Origin: Macrostomum lignano
Lineage: Eukaryota
Assembly: GCA_002269645.1 (NCBI GenBank)
Contig: NIVC01000487.1
Location: forward strand, 392,298 to 456,297
Reading direction: 5' to 3'
DNA length: 64,000 nucleotides
The number at the start of each line of letters is the position of its first letter. The stretch's first letter is position 1. The translations under genes were made by a program, and so were the position numbers. This document shows, piece after piece, positions 47,581 through 59,830 of this stretch. The notes under the pieces were generated by a model. The model worked only from the letters and a program-made list of their open reading frames with translations, did no database searches and was not told where the DNA came from.

Positions 47581-49098
47581 ATGGCCAGCCGCATTCTCAG
47601 CTTGTTTAACTGCGCCGGAGACAGCAGCACAGGAGACGGCAAGCGGCCCCTCCATCGGAACAAGAAGAAGAAAAGAAGTGACAGAGCCGGAGGTAAAAGA
47701 CCGGTGGGCAACCCGGACTCGCCGGATGAGTCCTACAGATTTGCCGCGGTTGCAGTACCGCAGCTTGGCGACGCAGCGGACGGAGATGGCGGCGACGGCG
47801 ACGGTCTCGGCTGGCGCACCTTCAACTACCTGTGCGACAAGGAGCAGAGCAGCGGCGGCTACAGCCTGGCCCAGGTGCACTTCGCCAGCCGCAGGCCGCT
47901 GCGGGCCCGTCGCCAGTTCGGCGCCGAGACCGAATTCTGGTGCTCCTTCGCTGGCAAGCAGCGGCAGCTCGAGGCCCGTCTGGTGTGTCTGCAGCCGGAC
48001 TGCGGACTCCGGAGCGGCCAGCAGCAGCCGACCAGGTGTCCGACGTCAGTCATCGCCATCTCCGCGATCGGGCGGCACCAAGCCCGCTGCCGCAACCTGG
48101 AATCCACGCATGGCCAGCTGCTCCTCCAGCTGGGCCACCAGCTGTTCCACGCGCCGCTGCTAGCCAGGCCGCGCGAGGCCACCCGCCTGATGACCGACTG
48201 CGCCGCCTTCTGCATCGCCCAGCAGAGGCTGCTGTTTGCCGTCTCCTCCGACTTCAGCTTGCTGAAGTGCGCGCCGCTCCAGCGTCTGGCCATTGACGGA
48301 GCTTCAGCAGCTCGACAGCGGCTGATTTGGCGCCGCAGCTGGCGGCTGAAATCCCTCCTGCTGGCTGCCGGCTCAGCGGCAGAAGCGGCGGCTGACGACG
48401 ACTTTGACGATTTAAACGACGATGATGAACTAGACTCAGGAGGTTCGGACGACAACGACGGCGACGGCGACGAAGATGACGACGAAGAGGAAAACGGCGT
48501 CGCCGAGGGTCCGGCGGGTTGCCACACGCTGGTGCACTGGCAGGCCGGCCACAGATTTTTCCTGGCCTCCAGACGCCGCGTCTGGGCGGTGGACGTCTCC
48601 GACGCCGGCTTCGATGAGGAGGATGACGATGATGATGAGGCGGAGACAGACGATGAGGCCGAGCAGCTGGACGGGACGCGCTGGGTTCCGCAACCGGCAG
48701 ACGCCCGGTGCACATTTAGCCTGCCTTCCAAGCCGGGCTCGAGCTTCCGCCGCGTCACCGACCTTGCCGTCGATCCGCGCGGCCTGCTGTTTGTCTGCGA
48801 CGCAGGCGCCAACCGGGTGCTCGTCTTCGACGCCCGCAACGGCAGCCGCCTGGCCGAGCTGGGCGGGCGCGAGTTCCGACCGGACGTGCTGCTGATGAAG
48901 CACCTGCTGCCCGAGGAGGGCCCCGGCTCCGCCTACCGCCGGCCGGGCCGGCTGCGCAAGTCAAGCGGTGTCTGCGCCTACCAGCGCGACGCCGGCTGCG
49001 GCAGCCGCGCCTTCCTGCTGCTGGTCACCGGCGGCTTTGGCTGCGCCGGCCAGACGTTCGACGTGACGGGACTCCGCCCGGAATCGGCACAGTGCTGA
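47581..49098 (+). CDS. Uncharacterised acidic protein with C-terminal NHL/beta-propeller-like repeat, intronless, about 505 aa
   Basis: 1.5-kb GC-rich ORF; VTDLAVDPRGLLFVCDAGANRVLVFD resembles an NHL repeat; basic stretch RNKKKKRSDR; two Asp/Glu-rich tracts. Confidence 0.75.
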   Translation: MASRILSLFNCAGDSSTGDGKRPLHRNKKKKRSDRAGGKRPVGNPDSPDESYRFAAVAVPQLGDAADGDGGDGDGLGWRTFNYLCDKEQSSGGYSLAQVHFASRRPLRARRQFGAETEFWCSFAGKQRQLEARLVCLQPDCGLRSGQQQPTRCPTSVIAISAIGRHQARCRNLESTHGQLLLQLGHQLFHAPLLARPREATRLMTDCAAFCIAQQRLLFAVSSDFSLLKCAPLQRLAIDGASAARQRLIWRRSWRLKSLLLAAGSAAEAAADDDFDDLNDDDELDSGGSDDNDGDGDEDDDEEENGVAEGPAGCHTLVHWQAGHRFFLASRRRVWAVDVSDAGFDEEDDDDDEAETDDEAEQLDGTRWVPQPADARCTFSLPSKPGSSFRRVTDLAVDPRGLLFVCDAGANRVLVFDARNGSRLAELGGREFRPDVLLMKHLLPEEGPGSAYRRPGRLRKSSGVCAYQRDAGCGSRAFLLLVTGGFGCAGQTFDVTGLRPESAQC

Positions 49099-49254
49099 TC
49101 ATTTTGATTGCAGTACATTCTGTACTTTTTTATTGGTTTCAGCGTCTCAGTACTGTCTTTTGTAACCACATTCAATATGAGATTCATGCTAGCATTGAGG
49201 ACAAGTTGGTCGCTTCCCAGCCTGACAGCCTCATCAATCTGACAGAAACAGCTC

Positions 49255-49515
49255 TGATCTGACAGACACACTCACCAATCCGTCAGACACCCTCAGCAAT
49301 CTGTCAGACACCCTCACCAATCTGTCAGACACCCTCACCAATCTGTCAGACACACCCACCAATCTGTCAGACACCCTCACCAATCTGTCAGACACCCTCA
49401 TCAATCTGTCAGACACCCTCATCAATCTGTCAGACACCCTCACCAATCTGTCAGACACGCTCACCAATCTGTCAGACACCCTCACCAATCTGTCAGACAC
49501 ACTCACAAATCTGTC
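49255..49515. repeat. 21-bp minisatellite (CAATCTGTCAGACACCCTCAC)n
   Basis: 21-nt periodicity, about 12 copies. Confidence 0.94.
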
Positions 49516-50399
49516 ATATATCATGAGTTTCCTTATATCTTATACGAGTACCTGAATTAGAAAACTTTCTTTAAAGTGCACGATGTCCTAAGAAACAAAG
49601 TTTTTATAGAAAGAACATTCCATACTCACCGGATAAGTATACGCTCGTAAGTACTAAAGAGAATCATCCAAGTTCAATTCTTTTATTAACTGTCTTACAA
49701 CATTATTTAGCTTGAAAGCATCTTCAATTCCCCCTAATATTTCTCTCTACTAATACTACTAAGGTATATGAATTGTGTCGGCCGTTGCGCGCCGCATATC
49801 AATGCTAAGCCAAGGAGCCAAGGAAACTTTTTTATTTGTTTCCAAAAGTGTCTCCGCTCCGTGCAGCCCTTGCAGCTCCACTTGCAGCCCTGGAGCTGGC
49901 GCCAGTCTGTGCACACGGCACCCCAGAGCTAGCTAGCCGTCCGACAGACGATCCGGGGAGATTGTTAAAATCGATCTCAGCGCGGTTAGAAGAGTTTCTT
50001 GTTCTCGAAATATAGAAATGGAATTAGCAAAAAGAATTGGCTATTGCTGCTTTGGCTTCTAGGAGCAGAAGAAAATTCTCTATTAATCTTAACACACCTT
50101 GGCTCAGTGTGCGTACTGGGGGAGAGCCACAGTCACCTCGGTAGAGTGCTTGAGGAAAAAATAGACTGAGATTTATAAGACTTACAATTGGCGCTGCTGA
50201 TATTTAGCAGATGCTAAAAAGTTATTAATCCTTCATTCTTCCGAATCGAAAGCTGATGGCATTGCTGAAACTGAGTTCTGCTTTTCACAGATTCGAAGAA
50301 AAATAAAGGAAGGATCACATGCGGTCTGCGAAGCCTCTCTATCCGGCCATCGGGTCTTTTGAAACTTCACAATAGCAATCCGGCCCGGTCAAGGTTTGT

Positions 50400-50735
50400 G
50401 TCTCTTCTCAGCTCTCCCTCTCTCCTCTCTCACTAATTCGGTCTTCTCTCCTCTCTTCTCTCCTTTCTCTCTCCTCTCTCATTTCCCCTCTTCTCTCTTC
50501 TCTCCTCTCTCCTCTCCTCTCCTCTCTCTCCTCTCTCCTCTCCCCTCTCCTCTCCCCTCCCCTTTACTCTCAGCTTCTCTCATTTAATCTCTCATCTCAT
50601 CTATCTTCTCCTCTCCTCTCTCCTCTCCTCTCTCCTGTCTCTCCTTTCCTCTTTCATTTCTCTCCTTTAATCTCTCATCTCATCTTTCCTTCTCTCTCTC
50701 TCTCTCTCTCCTCTATTCCTTTCCTTTCCTCTCTC
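50400..50735. repeat. CT-rich low-complexity tract
   Basis: Polypyrimidine CTCTC degenerate repeat. Confidence 0.9.
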
Positions 50736-51841
50736 ATCCGACCCGCAGCCATGAGCTGGATTCTTCACATCCGGCCCTTGAGGTAAAAACCGTTAATTTG
50801 TTTAAATTCGCAGTGGCAGCAAAGTTCGGCGGAGAGAGGCCTGGGGAAGGGGGGGGCTATCGATCTCTGCTAGCGAACGAGCAACACTGGTCGCCGCCGC
50901 TTGCGTCAGAGCCCTGCATTTTTGCACTTTGCCGCGGCTCCCCCACCCCCCCCCCCAGGCCCCAGCCAATACGGATCAATAAGCCGCCGCAGTGATACCC
51001 TCCGGGGCTTCAAAAAATTAACTTGAAACGGGAAGAAGGGAATAAAAAGCTGCTGGGTATGGTCGGGCACTTGGCTACGCGCCTCATCATGGCTCGAATT
51101 TCAATTAACACCGAGAAGGAGAGAGAAGAGAGCAAGGAGAGCCCCATACAGTCCTAGTCCGAGCTGATGAGCTAGAAGAGGACAGATGAGGATGGCCGGA
51201 GGCTGTGACTGGAGATGATGCGATTCCCATCCCCTCCCCATCCGCATGGGACAGGCAGGGGGGGGGCAGCCAAGAAGGGGGGCGACGGTCTGCTGCTTCT
51301 GCCGGCGACAACTGGCGGCCGCTTGTCAACTCCAACTCGGCTGTCCCGTCCGCGATCCCCGATCCCAAGCAGCGGCAGCACCGCCTGACCCGAAACACAT
51401 GCCTGTCCCCCACTTCGTCTGCCTTCGGGCGTTGAAAGTCGCTTTGTCGGACGGTGCACATGCTGGGCCACCCCAGTTCCGGGATCGGGAGGCGGGGAAG
51501 AGCGGGAAGAAGGCGAATGAAAACGAATGAATTTATTTGCGGCGCAATCAGAGCCATGTGGAGCGGGGCCGGGTCGACGCGATGAAAGAGGCTGGGGACT
51601 ATTGATGAAAGAAGAGGGAAGTCGCCGTTATAACAGATAGAGGCCCGGTCGGGGCCGAAATGAATGATTCCACACGCTTCGGTCGGTGGCCGCAGCTGCT
51701 GGAAGGTGGGACAGCGACGAAGCCTCTGCCTGCCGTCTAGTAGCGATGGAATTCCTGTCCCATGTCAACCGCTAATGCCCTGCCAGTTGGGAATGCATAG
51801 AGAGCACTTGCAGCACCTGACTGGGTGCGCTGAATTTATAA

Positions 51842-52096
<255 letters not shown>

Positions 52097-52717
52097 TTCC
52101 AGCTGGCAGCTAATGATGATGAGGCCACAGAAGGAACTCAGACTGACTCACCCCCGCTCCCTTCTCTCTCTCAATCGCAGCCTTCCAAATTAGTTCGCCC
52201 AGCTCCATCGCCCCTGATTACCCTATGCCGAGAAATAGAGTCCAAAAAGCGACTGCAAATTGCGGCAGAAATCTCCCCCCCCCCAGCTAAGACGGGCCGA
52301 TTAGGCCAGGCGCACTCACCCCAGAGCTGGCTGTGTTGGGCAGGACAAATAGATGCGCCGGCTGGGCAGAGCTCTCTCTGCTACCAAAAAATATCATTGA
52401 AGCCCTGGCCGCTGGCTGCAGTGGCTATCTATATTGCTTGGCAGTCAAACTGCTTCTAGAGGCTAATAACGTCGGAGCTCGTCTCTGATTGGACAAATGC
52501 GTAGAGCGGATGATTGGCCATCAATTCCTAAGAGAAAACTCATAATCATACTACTGTAAGTATATTTGCACACGACTTAGGTAGGTAAGTTCAAATATAC
52601 GGCTGCTAAGTCAATTCTGCTAATTGCTATTAACTAAATTATTAACTAAAAGCTTAGTGACGAAAATTGAGCCTCTTTAATATGATACCTCTACTCATGC
52701 TCATGCTGCTCAGTGTG

Positions 52718-53150
52718 TCTTAGCTAGAGTGCTCAGACTGATTCAGTGTGACTAGATTGTGGGTTATAGTGCTCTAATTAGGAACTGAGTGAGTCCTGAG
52801 TCAGCTAGAGTGCTCAGACTGATTCAGTGTGACTAGATTGTGGGTTACAGTGCTCTAATCGGGAACTGAGCGAGTCCTGAGTCAGCTAGAGTGCTCAGAC
52901 TGATTCAGTGTGACTAGATTGTGGGTTACAGTGCTCTAATCGGGAACTGAGCGAGTCCTGAGTCAGCTAGAGTGCTCAGACTGATTCAGTGTGACTAGAT
53001 TGTGGGTTACAGTGCTCTAATCGGGAACTGAGCGAGTCCTGAGTCAGCTAGAGTGCTCAGACTGATTCAGTGTGACTAGATTGGGGGGCTATAGTACTCT
53101 AATTGGGAACTGAGCGAGTCCTGAGTCAGCTAGAGTGCTCAGATTAATGC
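52718..53150. repeat. 81-bp tandem repeat, about 5 copies, downstream of BBS2
   Basis: TCAGCTAGAGTGCTCAGACTG recurs at 52801, 52882 and onward. Confidence 0.93.
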
Positions 53151-53663
53151 AGTGTGGAAGATCAAACTAAGGTGTCCAAATTAGGAATCATACATGATCT
53201 AAAAGGAATCCGAAACGACTCAAAAGTCGATGATTGGTCATTTGTCATGGCTTTAAAAAGCTCATATTACGTCTTTAAAAAATTCAATTTAGTTGGGTGA
53301 AACTTTTTAATATAAAATTAAAAGTTTAAAACTGAATAAAAACATACTTCGTTGAGAATTGCCATGTACTGGGTAATATTTATTAAGTCTTAGTCTCGGT
53401 CGTACAGCAGCACCAATAGTTTGTTATAAGCATCATAAATATAAACATTGATATAAAATTCAAAACACAGGAAGCATCGATGGAAATATGGAAGTTCAAA
53501 CCGAAGGAAGCACCAGTTTATCTCACATTATACTCATAATTCGCTATCAACCTACTTTTTGCTTCAGTAGTAAGCAGTATAAGTAAGCTTTAATTTCTAA
53601 GTAGATGACGAGGCAATCATATCAGCATAGTTACTCGGGCTGTTTACCCACCCGAAAAAGCCC

Positions 53664-54542
53664 CTAAGCCGCTCCGGAGCAGATGACCTGATAGATGAGG
53701 CCGAACTCGCGCTCCTGCACAGCTGCCCGGCACTGGGCCACCACCTGGGCCCGGTAGCGGCCGGTGCGCAGTGCGGCGCCCTGCTGAATCACCAGGCCCA
53801 CCTGTTTGAGCGCGCCAACCAGGGAGGCGTGCGCGTCGGCTCTGGCGCGGTGCGAGGCCACCAGGCCGCGGTTGACGCGCAGCAGGTCGGCGTAAGCCTG
53901 CCGCGTGTTGGCCATGTCGCCCAGCAGTCGGGAGTCCTCGGCCCGCACCGCCAAGCTGCGCACCAGGCCGGAGCTGTCCGCCTGATCGGCCGCCAAGCGC
54001 GCCTGTCCAGCCTCGAGCTGTCGGACGCGGCTGGCCAGGCCGTCCAGCTGCTCGGACAGGCCGGGGAAGCTGGCCTCGCTGGCCAGATCGTCCAGACCGA
54101 GGAAATCCGCCAACGATGCGACAACTTCGGCGGCCAATTCGAGCGAGTCAACGCCGACTGTGGCCATCGGCTCGGCGGCGGGTGAGCGAGTTTCGATGCT
54201 CAGCAGGCGGCCAGTGCGGACGCAGCGGAAGCGGAACGAGCCGCTCTCGGCCGCCGCGGTGGCCTTCGACGGCAGCAGGAAGCTGTTGTTGATCCACATG
54301 GCCAGCCGCTGAGGCCGCTCGGCCAGGCGGAACCGGACCCAGCCGGCCGGGGCTTCGGCCGCACTCGCCGCCTCATCCGCGGTGCCCAGCCAGGCGAATG
54401 TGGCGAAGCGGGGCAGCAGGCGGGAGGCCTCGAATACGTGGAACTGAGCCACGCTGCCGCGCTGTCCGACCAGGCATTTCAGGTGCAAATCCACCGCTGC
54501 GTTGCGGCTGGGCCGGATGGCCAGCGCGAGCTGGCTGCTCAC
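53664..54542 (-). CDS. BBS2: Bardet-Biedl syndrome 2 protein, exon 4 (C-terminal platform and helical domains)
   Basis: AVDLHLKCLVG...SVAQFHVFEASRLLPRFATF, ERPQRLAMWINNSFLL, AEDSRLLGDM, GAALRTGRYRAQVVAQCRAAV; acceptor GGCAG|GTG in phase 0; stop at 53664. Confidence 0.92.
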   Translation of the reverse strand: MSSQLALAIRPSRNAAVDLHLKCLVGQRGSVAQFHVFEASRLLPRFATFAWLGTADEAASAAEAPAGWVRFRLAERPQRLAMWINNSFLLPSKATAAAESGSFRFRCVRTGRLLSIETRSPAAEPMATVGVDSLELAAEVVASLADFLGLDDLASEASFPGLSEQLDGLASRVRQLEAGQARLAADQADSSGLVRSLAVRAEDSRLLGDMANTRQAYADLLRVNRGLVASHRARADAHASLVGALKQVGLVIQQGAALRTGRYRAQVVAQCRAAVQEREFGLIYQVICSGAA

Positions 54543-54589
54543 CTGCCGGTTTTAGGGGGCAAGCTGGATTAGACCGCACACAATATGCC

Positions 54590-54835
54590 TCATCCTCCTC
54601 ACCCCGGATCTCCATCACCCCGGATCTCTATCACCCCGGATGTCCCTCATCCCGGATGTCCATCACCCCGGATGTCCCTCACCCCGGATGTCCCTCGTCC
54701 CAGATGTCCATCACCCCGGATGTCCCTCACCCCGGATGTCCCTCATCCCGGATGTCCATCACCCCCTCACCCCGGATGCCCCTCACCCCGGATTTCCTTC
54801 ACCCCGGATCTTCCTCACCCCGGATCTGCTTCATC
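54590..54835. repeat. About 17-bp degenerate repeat (CACCCCGGATGTCCCT/ATC) in BBS2 intron 3
   Basis: Recurring CACCCCGGAT core. Confidence 0.88.
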
Positions 54836-54860
54836 CCAAGACAGCCGCTCAAACGCCTAC

Positions 54861-55397
54861 CTGATTGGCGGGCGGGTGCGCCACAAGCGATTCGCCTTCT
54901 TCGAAGAGGCCCTCAGCAAAGACGGCCAGCGCCCTGACCACGGTTTCGTTGGAAGTCGAAACGCTCAGCACCACTGCGTCGGCTTCAACGCTGAGGCTGC
55001 TGCTGAGCTGCGTATTGGCTGGTATCACCGACGCTTCGGCACCAGCTGTTCCCATGGCAACGCGCAGAGTGCCTTCGAAGTTGACACCCGAGCCAATCCT
55101 ACGCATGCCGCCGTCGCCGCCATCGCTGCCGTCGCCGCCTGCCCCTCCCCGCTTCTTCTGATCAGCGTAGTTGCGCAGCTCCAGGCCCAGGCTCTGCTTG
55201 TACTGCATCAGCGAGCGCATCGAGCCCGGCGCGTCTTCCCCCAGGGTGGCGCGAAGCAGCGACGCGGCCAGGTGCTGCGGCACCGCGTCGAATGCCCGCA
55301 AGTCGCCCTCAACGCCGACAATAGTGAGGAGAGGCGGTCGGCCGTCGCCGCGAAGATCGGCCACGGCCAATCCGGCCACGGGACTCGGACCCTGGTC
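54861..55397 (-). CDS. BBS2: BBS2, exon 3
   Basis: DQGPSPVAGLAVADLRGDG...KQSLGLELRNY...SNETVVRALAVFAEGLFEEGESLVAHP; acceptor CCGCAG|GAC, donor CAG|GTAGGC; 179 codons. Confidence 0.92.
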
Positions 55398-55477
55398 CTG
55401 CGGTTCACAGAGGGCGTTTCCATTTTTCTAGGATAGTTAGTTATTCTATTCTATTACCTTGCTTACTTCGATCACGG

Positions 55478-56065
55478 AAGTTCATGCATAGACACAACCG
55501 GAAGTGCATGCATAGATACAAGCGGAAGTGCATGCATAGACACAACTGGAAGTGCATGAATAGACACAACCGGAAGTGCATGCATAGACACAACTGGAAG
55601 TGCATGCATAGACACAACCGGAAGTGCATGCATAGACACAACCGGAAGTGCATGCATAGACACAACTGGAAGTGCATGAATAGACACAACCGGAAGTGCA
55701 TGCATAGACACAACCGGAAGTGCATGCATAGACACAACCGGAAGTGCATGCATAGACACAACTGGAAGTGCATGCATAGACACAACCGGAAGTGCATGCA
55801 TAGACACAACTGGAAGTGCATGCATAGACACAACCGGAAGTGCATGCATAGACACAACTGGAAGTGCATGCATAGACACAACTGGAAGTGCATGCATAGA
55901 CACAACCGGAAGTGCATGCATAGACACAACTGGAAGTGCATGCATAGACACAACCGGAAGTGCATGCATAGACACAACCGGAAGTGCATGCATAGACACA
56001 ACCGGAAGTGCATGCATAGACACAACCGGAAGTGCATGCATAGACACAACCGGAAGTGCATGCGC
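55478..56065. repeat. 24-bp minisatellite (ACACAACCGGAAGTGCATGCATAG)n in BBS2 intron 2
   Basis: 24-nt periodicity, about 24 copies. Confidence 0.96.
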
Positions 56066-56171
56066 AATCACAACAGGAAGAGTATGAACTGATCAATCGT
56101 ATGTGCTCTAATTGGCGCAATCGGAAGCGTTTGCGGCAGCAAAACCGGAAATAAAAATGCCCAACGCTCAC

Positions 56172-56751
56172 CCTGAACACAACTTCGCCAGTGGCTACCC
56201 GGCGGGCGTCGACTTTGCCGCCGCTCCAGCCCACCAGCAGTTCAACCTGGCCGTCGCTGTCCAAATCGAAGGCGGCCAACGCCACTGGCCGGTGTTTGGA
56301 CTTGATCCGCCACAGCCGCTTGGAGCGCTCGTACACCCCAACGGTGCCGTTGGCCAGGGCGTAGGCGAACCGGGGCGAGTCGGGCAGCGCCAGCAGAGCC
56401 ACAGGCGAGTCGGTCTCAGTGAATTCACGCGCGATCGCGTCGTCGCGAAACAGACGAAGCTCGAAATCTTCGCTGCCAACTAGCAGCAGTTCGCCAGCCT
56501 CGTCGCCGAGGAATTTTCCGGCAGTCATGGAGGTGACTCGGTCGCCAGTGACGCTCCAGTAGGCCTCGGCACCGCTGGAATCGAAGCCAAGCAGGGTGCA
56601 GTTGCCACCGGCGATGGCCACTCGGCGAGTTTTTCCCTGCTTCTGCTGCTGCTGTCTGCCGGGCTCGCCACCGCCGCTGCCGTCTCCCGATTGGCTGACG
56701 ACTACGGCGAAAGCGCCGTCAGGCACGGGACGGTTGAAAAGGTCCGCATTC
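56172..56751 (-). CDS. BBS2: BBS2, exon 2 (beta-propeller)
   Basis: GGNCTLLGFD...WSVTGDRVTSM, LLVGSEDFELRLF, FAYALANGTVGVY...WRIKSKH, DLDSDGQVELLVGWSGGKVDAR...GEVVFR; acceptor AACAG|G (phase 2), donor AGG|GTGAGC. Confidence 0.95.
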
Positions 56752-56774
56752 CTGTTGAACAGGAGAGGGGGGCA

Positions 56775-57665
56775 GTCAAGACAGTCAGCAAATACAGGTG
56801 AGACAGTCGGCAAATACAGGTGAGACAGTCGGCAAATACAGGTGAGACAGTCAGCAAATACAGGTGAGACAGTCAGCAAATACAGGTGAGACAGTCAGCA
56901 AATACAGGTGAGACAGTCGGCAAATACAGGTGAGACAGTCAGCAAATACAGGTGAGACAGTCAGCAAATACAGGTGAGACAGTCAGCAAATACAGGTGAG
57001 ACAGTCGGCAAATGCAGGTGAGACAGTCAGCAGATACAGGTGAGACAGTCAGCAAATACAGGTGAGACAGTCGGCAAATACAGTCAAGACAGTCGGCAAA
57101 TACAGGTGAGACAGTCGGCAAATACAGGTGAGACAGTCAGCAAATTCAGGTTAGACAGTCGGCAAATACAGGTGAGACAGTCAGCAAATTCAGGTGAGAC
57201 AGTCGGCAAATACAGGTGAGACAGTCAGCAAATACAGGTGAGACAGTCAGCAAATACAGGTGAGACAGTCAGCAGATACAGGTGAGACAGTCAGCAAATA
57301 CAGGTGAGACAGTCAGCAAATACAGGTGAGACAGTCGGCAAATACAGGTGAGACAGTCAGCAAATACAGGTGAGACAGTCGGCAAATACAGTCAAGACAG
57401 TCGGCAAATACAGTCAAGACAGTCGGCAAATACAGTCAAGACAGTCGGCAAATACAGTCAAGACAGTCGGCAAATACAGTTAAGACAGTCGGCAAATACA
57501 GTCAAGACAGTCAGCAAATACAGGTGAGACAGTCAGCAAATACAGGTGAGACAGTCAGCAAATACAGGTGAGACAGTCAGCAAATACAGGTGAGACAGTC
57601 AGCAAATACAGGTGAGACAGTCAGCAAATACAGGTGAGACGGTCAGCAGATACAGTCAAGACAGT
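56775..57665. repeat. 22-bp minisatellite (AAATACAGGTGAGACAGTCAGC)n in BBS2 intron 1
   Basis: 22-nt periodicity, about 40 copies. Confidence 0.96.
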
Positions 57666-57803
57666 AAAAAAAGTACAAGTTTTTTTAATTTGAAAAAACT
57701 GCGAGCTAAAAACGATATTTTTACAGTGAACCAAACAGGTTTCAACGCTAACTTTATACTTAGAAGAGAAGAGTAATCAAGTTCTTTTTCCCAGCTTACT
57801 CAC

Positions 57804-58117
57804 CTGTGCACGTCGTACACCAGCATGTCAGTTGCCGTGCCAATCACTAGAGCGTCACGTGACGCCGAATCGAGCAGCCGGCCGGCGCACATCGATAGCA
57901 CCGGCTGCTCCATATTCAAAATCTGCACCGGCAGGCCGGTGTCTGTTTCCATGGCAACTGGGCCAGACTGCTGCTGCCCGGGACTGAGCAGCATCAGCTT
58001 GCCGGAGTTGGCGGCGCACACGAGAGTGTCGGAGCGGCCATCGAATCGGCCGACAGCCACCAGGCCGGGCAGCACTGGCTGGGGCAGGCGGCCCTGATAG
58101 GCTGGAACCAGAGCCAT
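57804..58117 (-). CDS. BBS2: BBS2, exon 1
   Basis: VAVGRFDGRSDTLVCAANSGKLML and DALVIGTATDMLVYDVH match the BBS2 N-terminus; donor AG|GTGAGT in phase 2 gives YDVHRNADLF across the junction. Confidence 0.9.
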
Positions 58118-59666
58118 GCTGCTGCTGCTGCTGCTAGCTCGGCCAATAGAGCATGCAAGTCATTTAGATGAAATGGAAGAGCATCTATTTTATTAGTATT
58201 AATATTATTATTAGTTGTGTTGTTATTTTTGTTGCTAAAAAAATCAAAGCAACCTTCTTTTTACTTTAATAGAAAGTCAGTTAATAATTTAACACTGATT
58301 TAATGGCTTAAACTTTTAGATATAACTTTGCCAAATAAAAAATCTACATTTGCTTCTAGTTAAATAAACTATACCAAGAAAATGTTCCTTATGATAGAAT
58401 AAATTCCTAGACATGCATTCCATAGATAGTACTAAACTTCTTGTAAAATTGTTAGAATTGTTTTTCCTTATTGGACTTTACTCGAAAGAAACAGTTAAAT
58501 AAAATAAACGAATTTTATAGTTAATCAAATACAAATACAATATTGCTGCATTTAGGGTCATTTTAGCCTTTTTCATATACATGGTTACTAAATCACTGAG
58601 GGTGTTGTATGCATGATTTTATTGAATTAATTAGTGCTTCTAGACTTTCAAAAACAATGTCTTGCATAGGTTGGTCTATACCAGCATAATTAAATGATGA
58701 ATCAATATAACTTTTTGTGATTCAGGCATTAATTTAATTAGATATAATGAAAATTTACCAAAAAATGAGAAATTTACAAACTCATCTGCCCTAAAAATAC
58801 ATTGCTTTTATCAAGTATTAGTTGTAATGTTGCAGCAAGCAGCAACAAAAGAAAATTTAATTTTATTTAATTTATTCTTATTTAATTTCTTATTTAATTT
58901 CTAATGGTTTCGAACATTTCTGGTTATTAAATAGCTGCTGGTTATACTAATTTGTGTTGGTTTTAGCAACATCGTTAACTTAAATAAATAAATAATTGGT
59001 ATATAAAATAATAAACTAAAAAACCAGAAATAGAATTAATCTGTGAAAAACTGCTGCCATTCAAGGAGGCTGAAAGGGAATAATTTTTACGGAAAAGGAA
59101 ATACAGCAATTGCGGTGAAGTATAGGGATGTTGTATGTTGGTAACCATGCAGATAAAACTTTAATTGTTGTTTTAGCGAAATTTACCAATGCAATCTAAT
59201 GTTAGACTATTTTGAGAACTTAAGACTCTTTAAAGTGTTCAACACGATAATTTAAAAAACAATTTTGACCAGTTGCCAGGTTTCCAAGTTAGCAAGTAGC
59301 TTCTTTAAATTATTTTGTCCCGTATCGGCCTATAAAAATGAACTGAATTTTTTCATTTGAATTTCAATACGACGCTGTTTAAATTTCAAGTATTTAAACA
59401 AAATCTAGAGCGTCCTTTTATTTACGGATAATTCATATCGCTAGTAATTCTCTTAACTTTTAGAAATTTTAGTAGCATATTAAACAAGGAAAGTCGATAA
59501 CCACATGAGTAGTAAATATATCTGTGCTGATTTACAGACTGTACATGTATTTGCATGGTTACTGGATGGATGGATTAATCAACGCGCGCTATTACGCGTA
59601 TATGTACATGTTAGAAGATAAACTTACTTATATATGTAGTCACAATACAGACTGTGAGAAGGGGTG

Positions 59667-59830
59667 GGGGCCGTAGCCCAGCGGTAGCGCAGCTGCTCTG
59701 GTGTGCCAGCGACCCAGGCTCGATTCCAAGTGCAGTCACATTAATTTGGGGCTGAATTGGAATCTCGGCTTGGCTCTGCTCGTGCAATTAACGGCCTTGA
59801 GAGCCAACCTCTCAAGGCGCAGTGAAGTGT
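59667..59830 (+). mobile_element. Probable tRNA-derived SINE (second family); 3' limit uncertain
   Basis: GGGGCCGTAGCCCAGCGGTAG (A box) and GGCTCGATTCC (B box) at tRNA-like spacing, no acceptor stem; body has a perfect 9-bp hairpin CCTTGAGAG-CCAAC-CTCTCAAGG. Confidence 0.6.

Noticed and set aside
55482-56879. 465-aa ORF with a (CVYACTSG)n tail
   Set aside because: BBS2 exon 2 plus read-through into the flanking intronic repeats.
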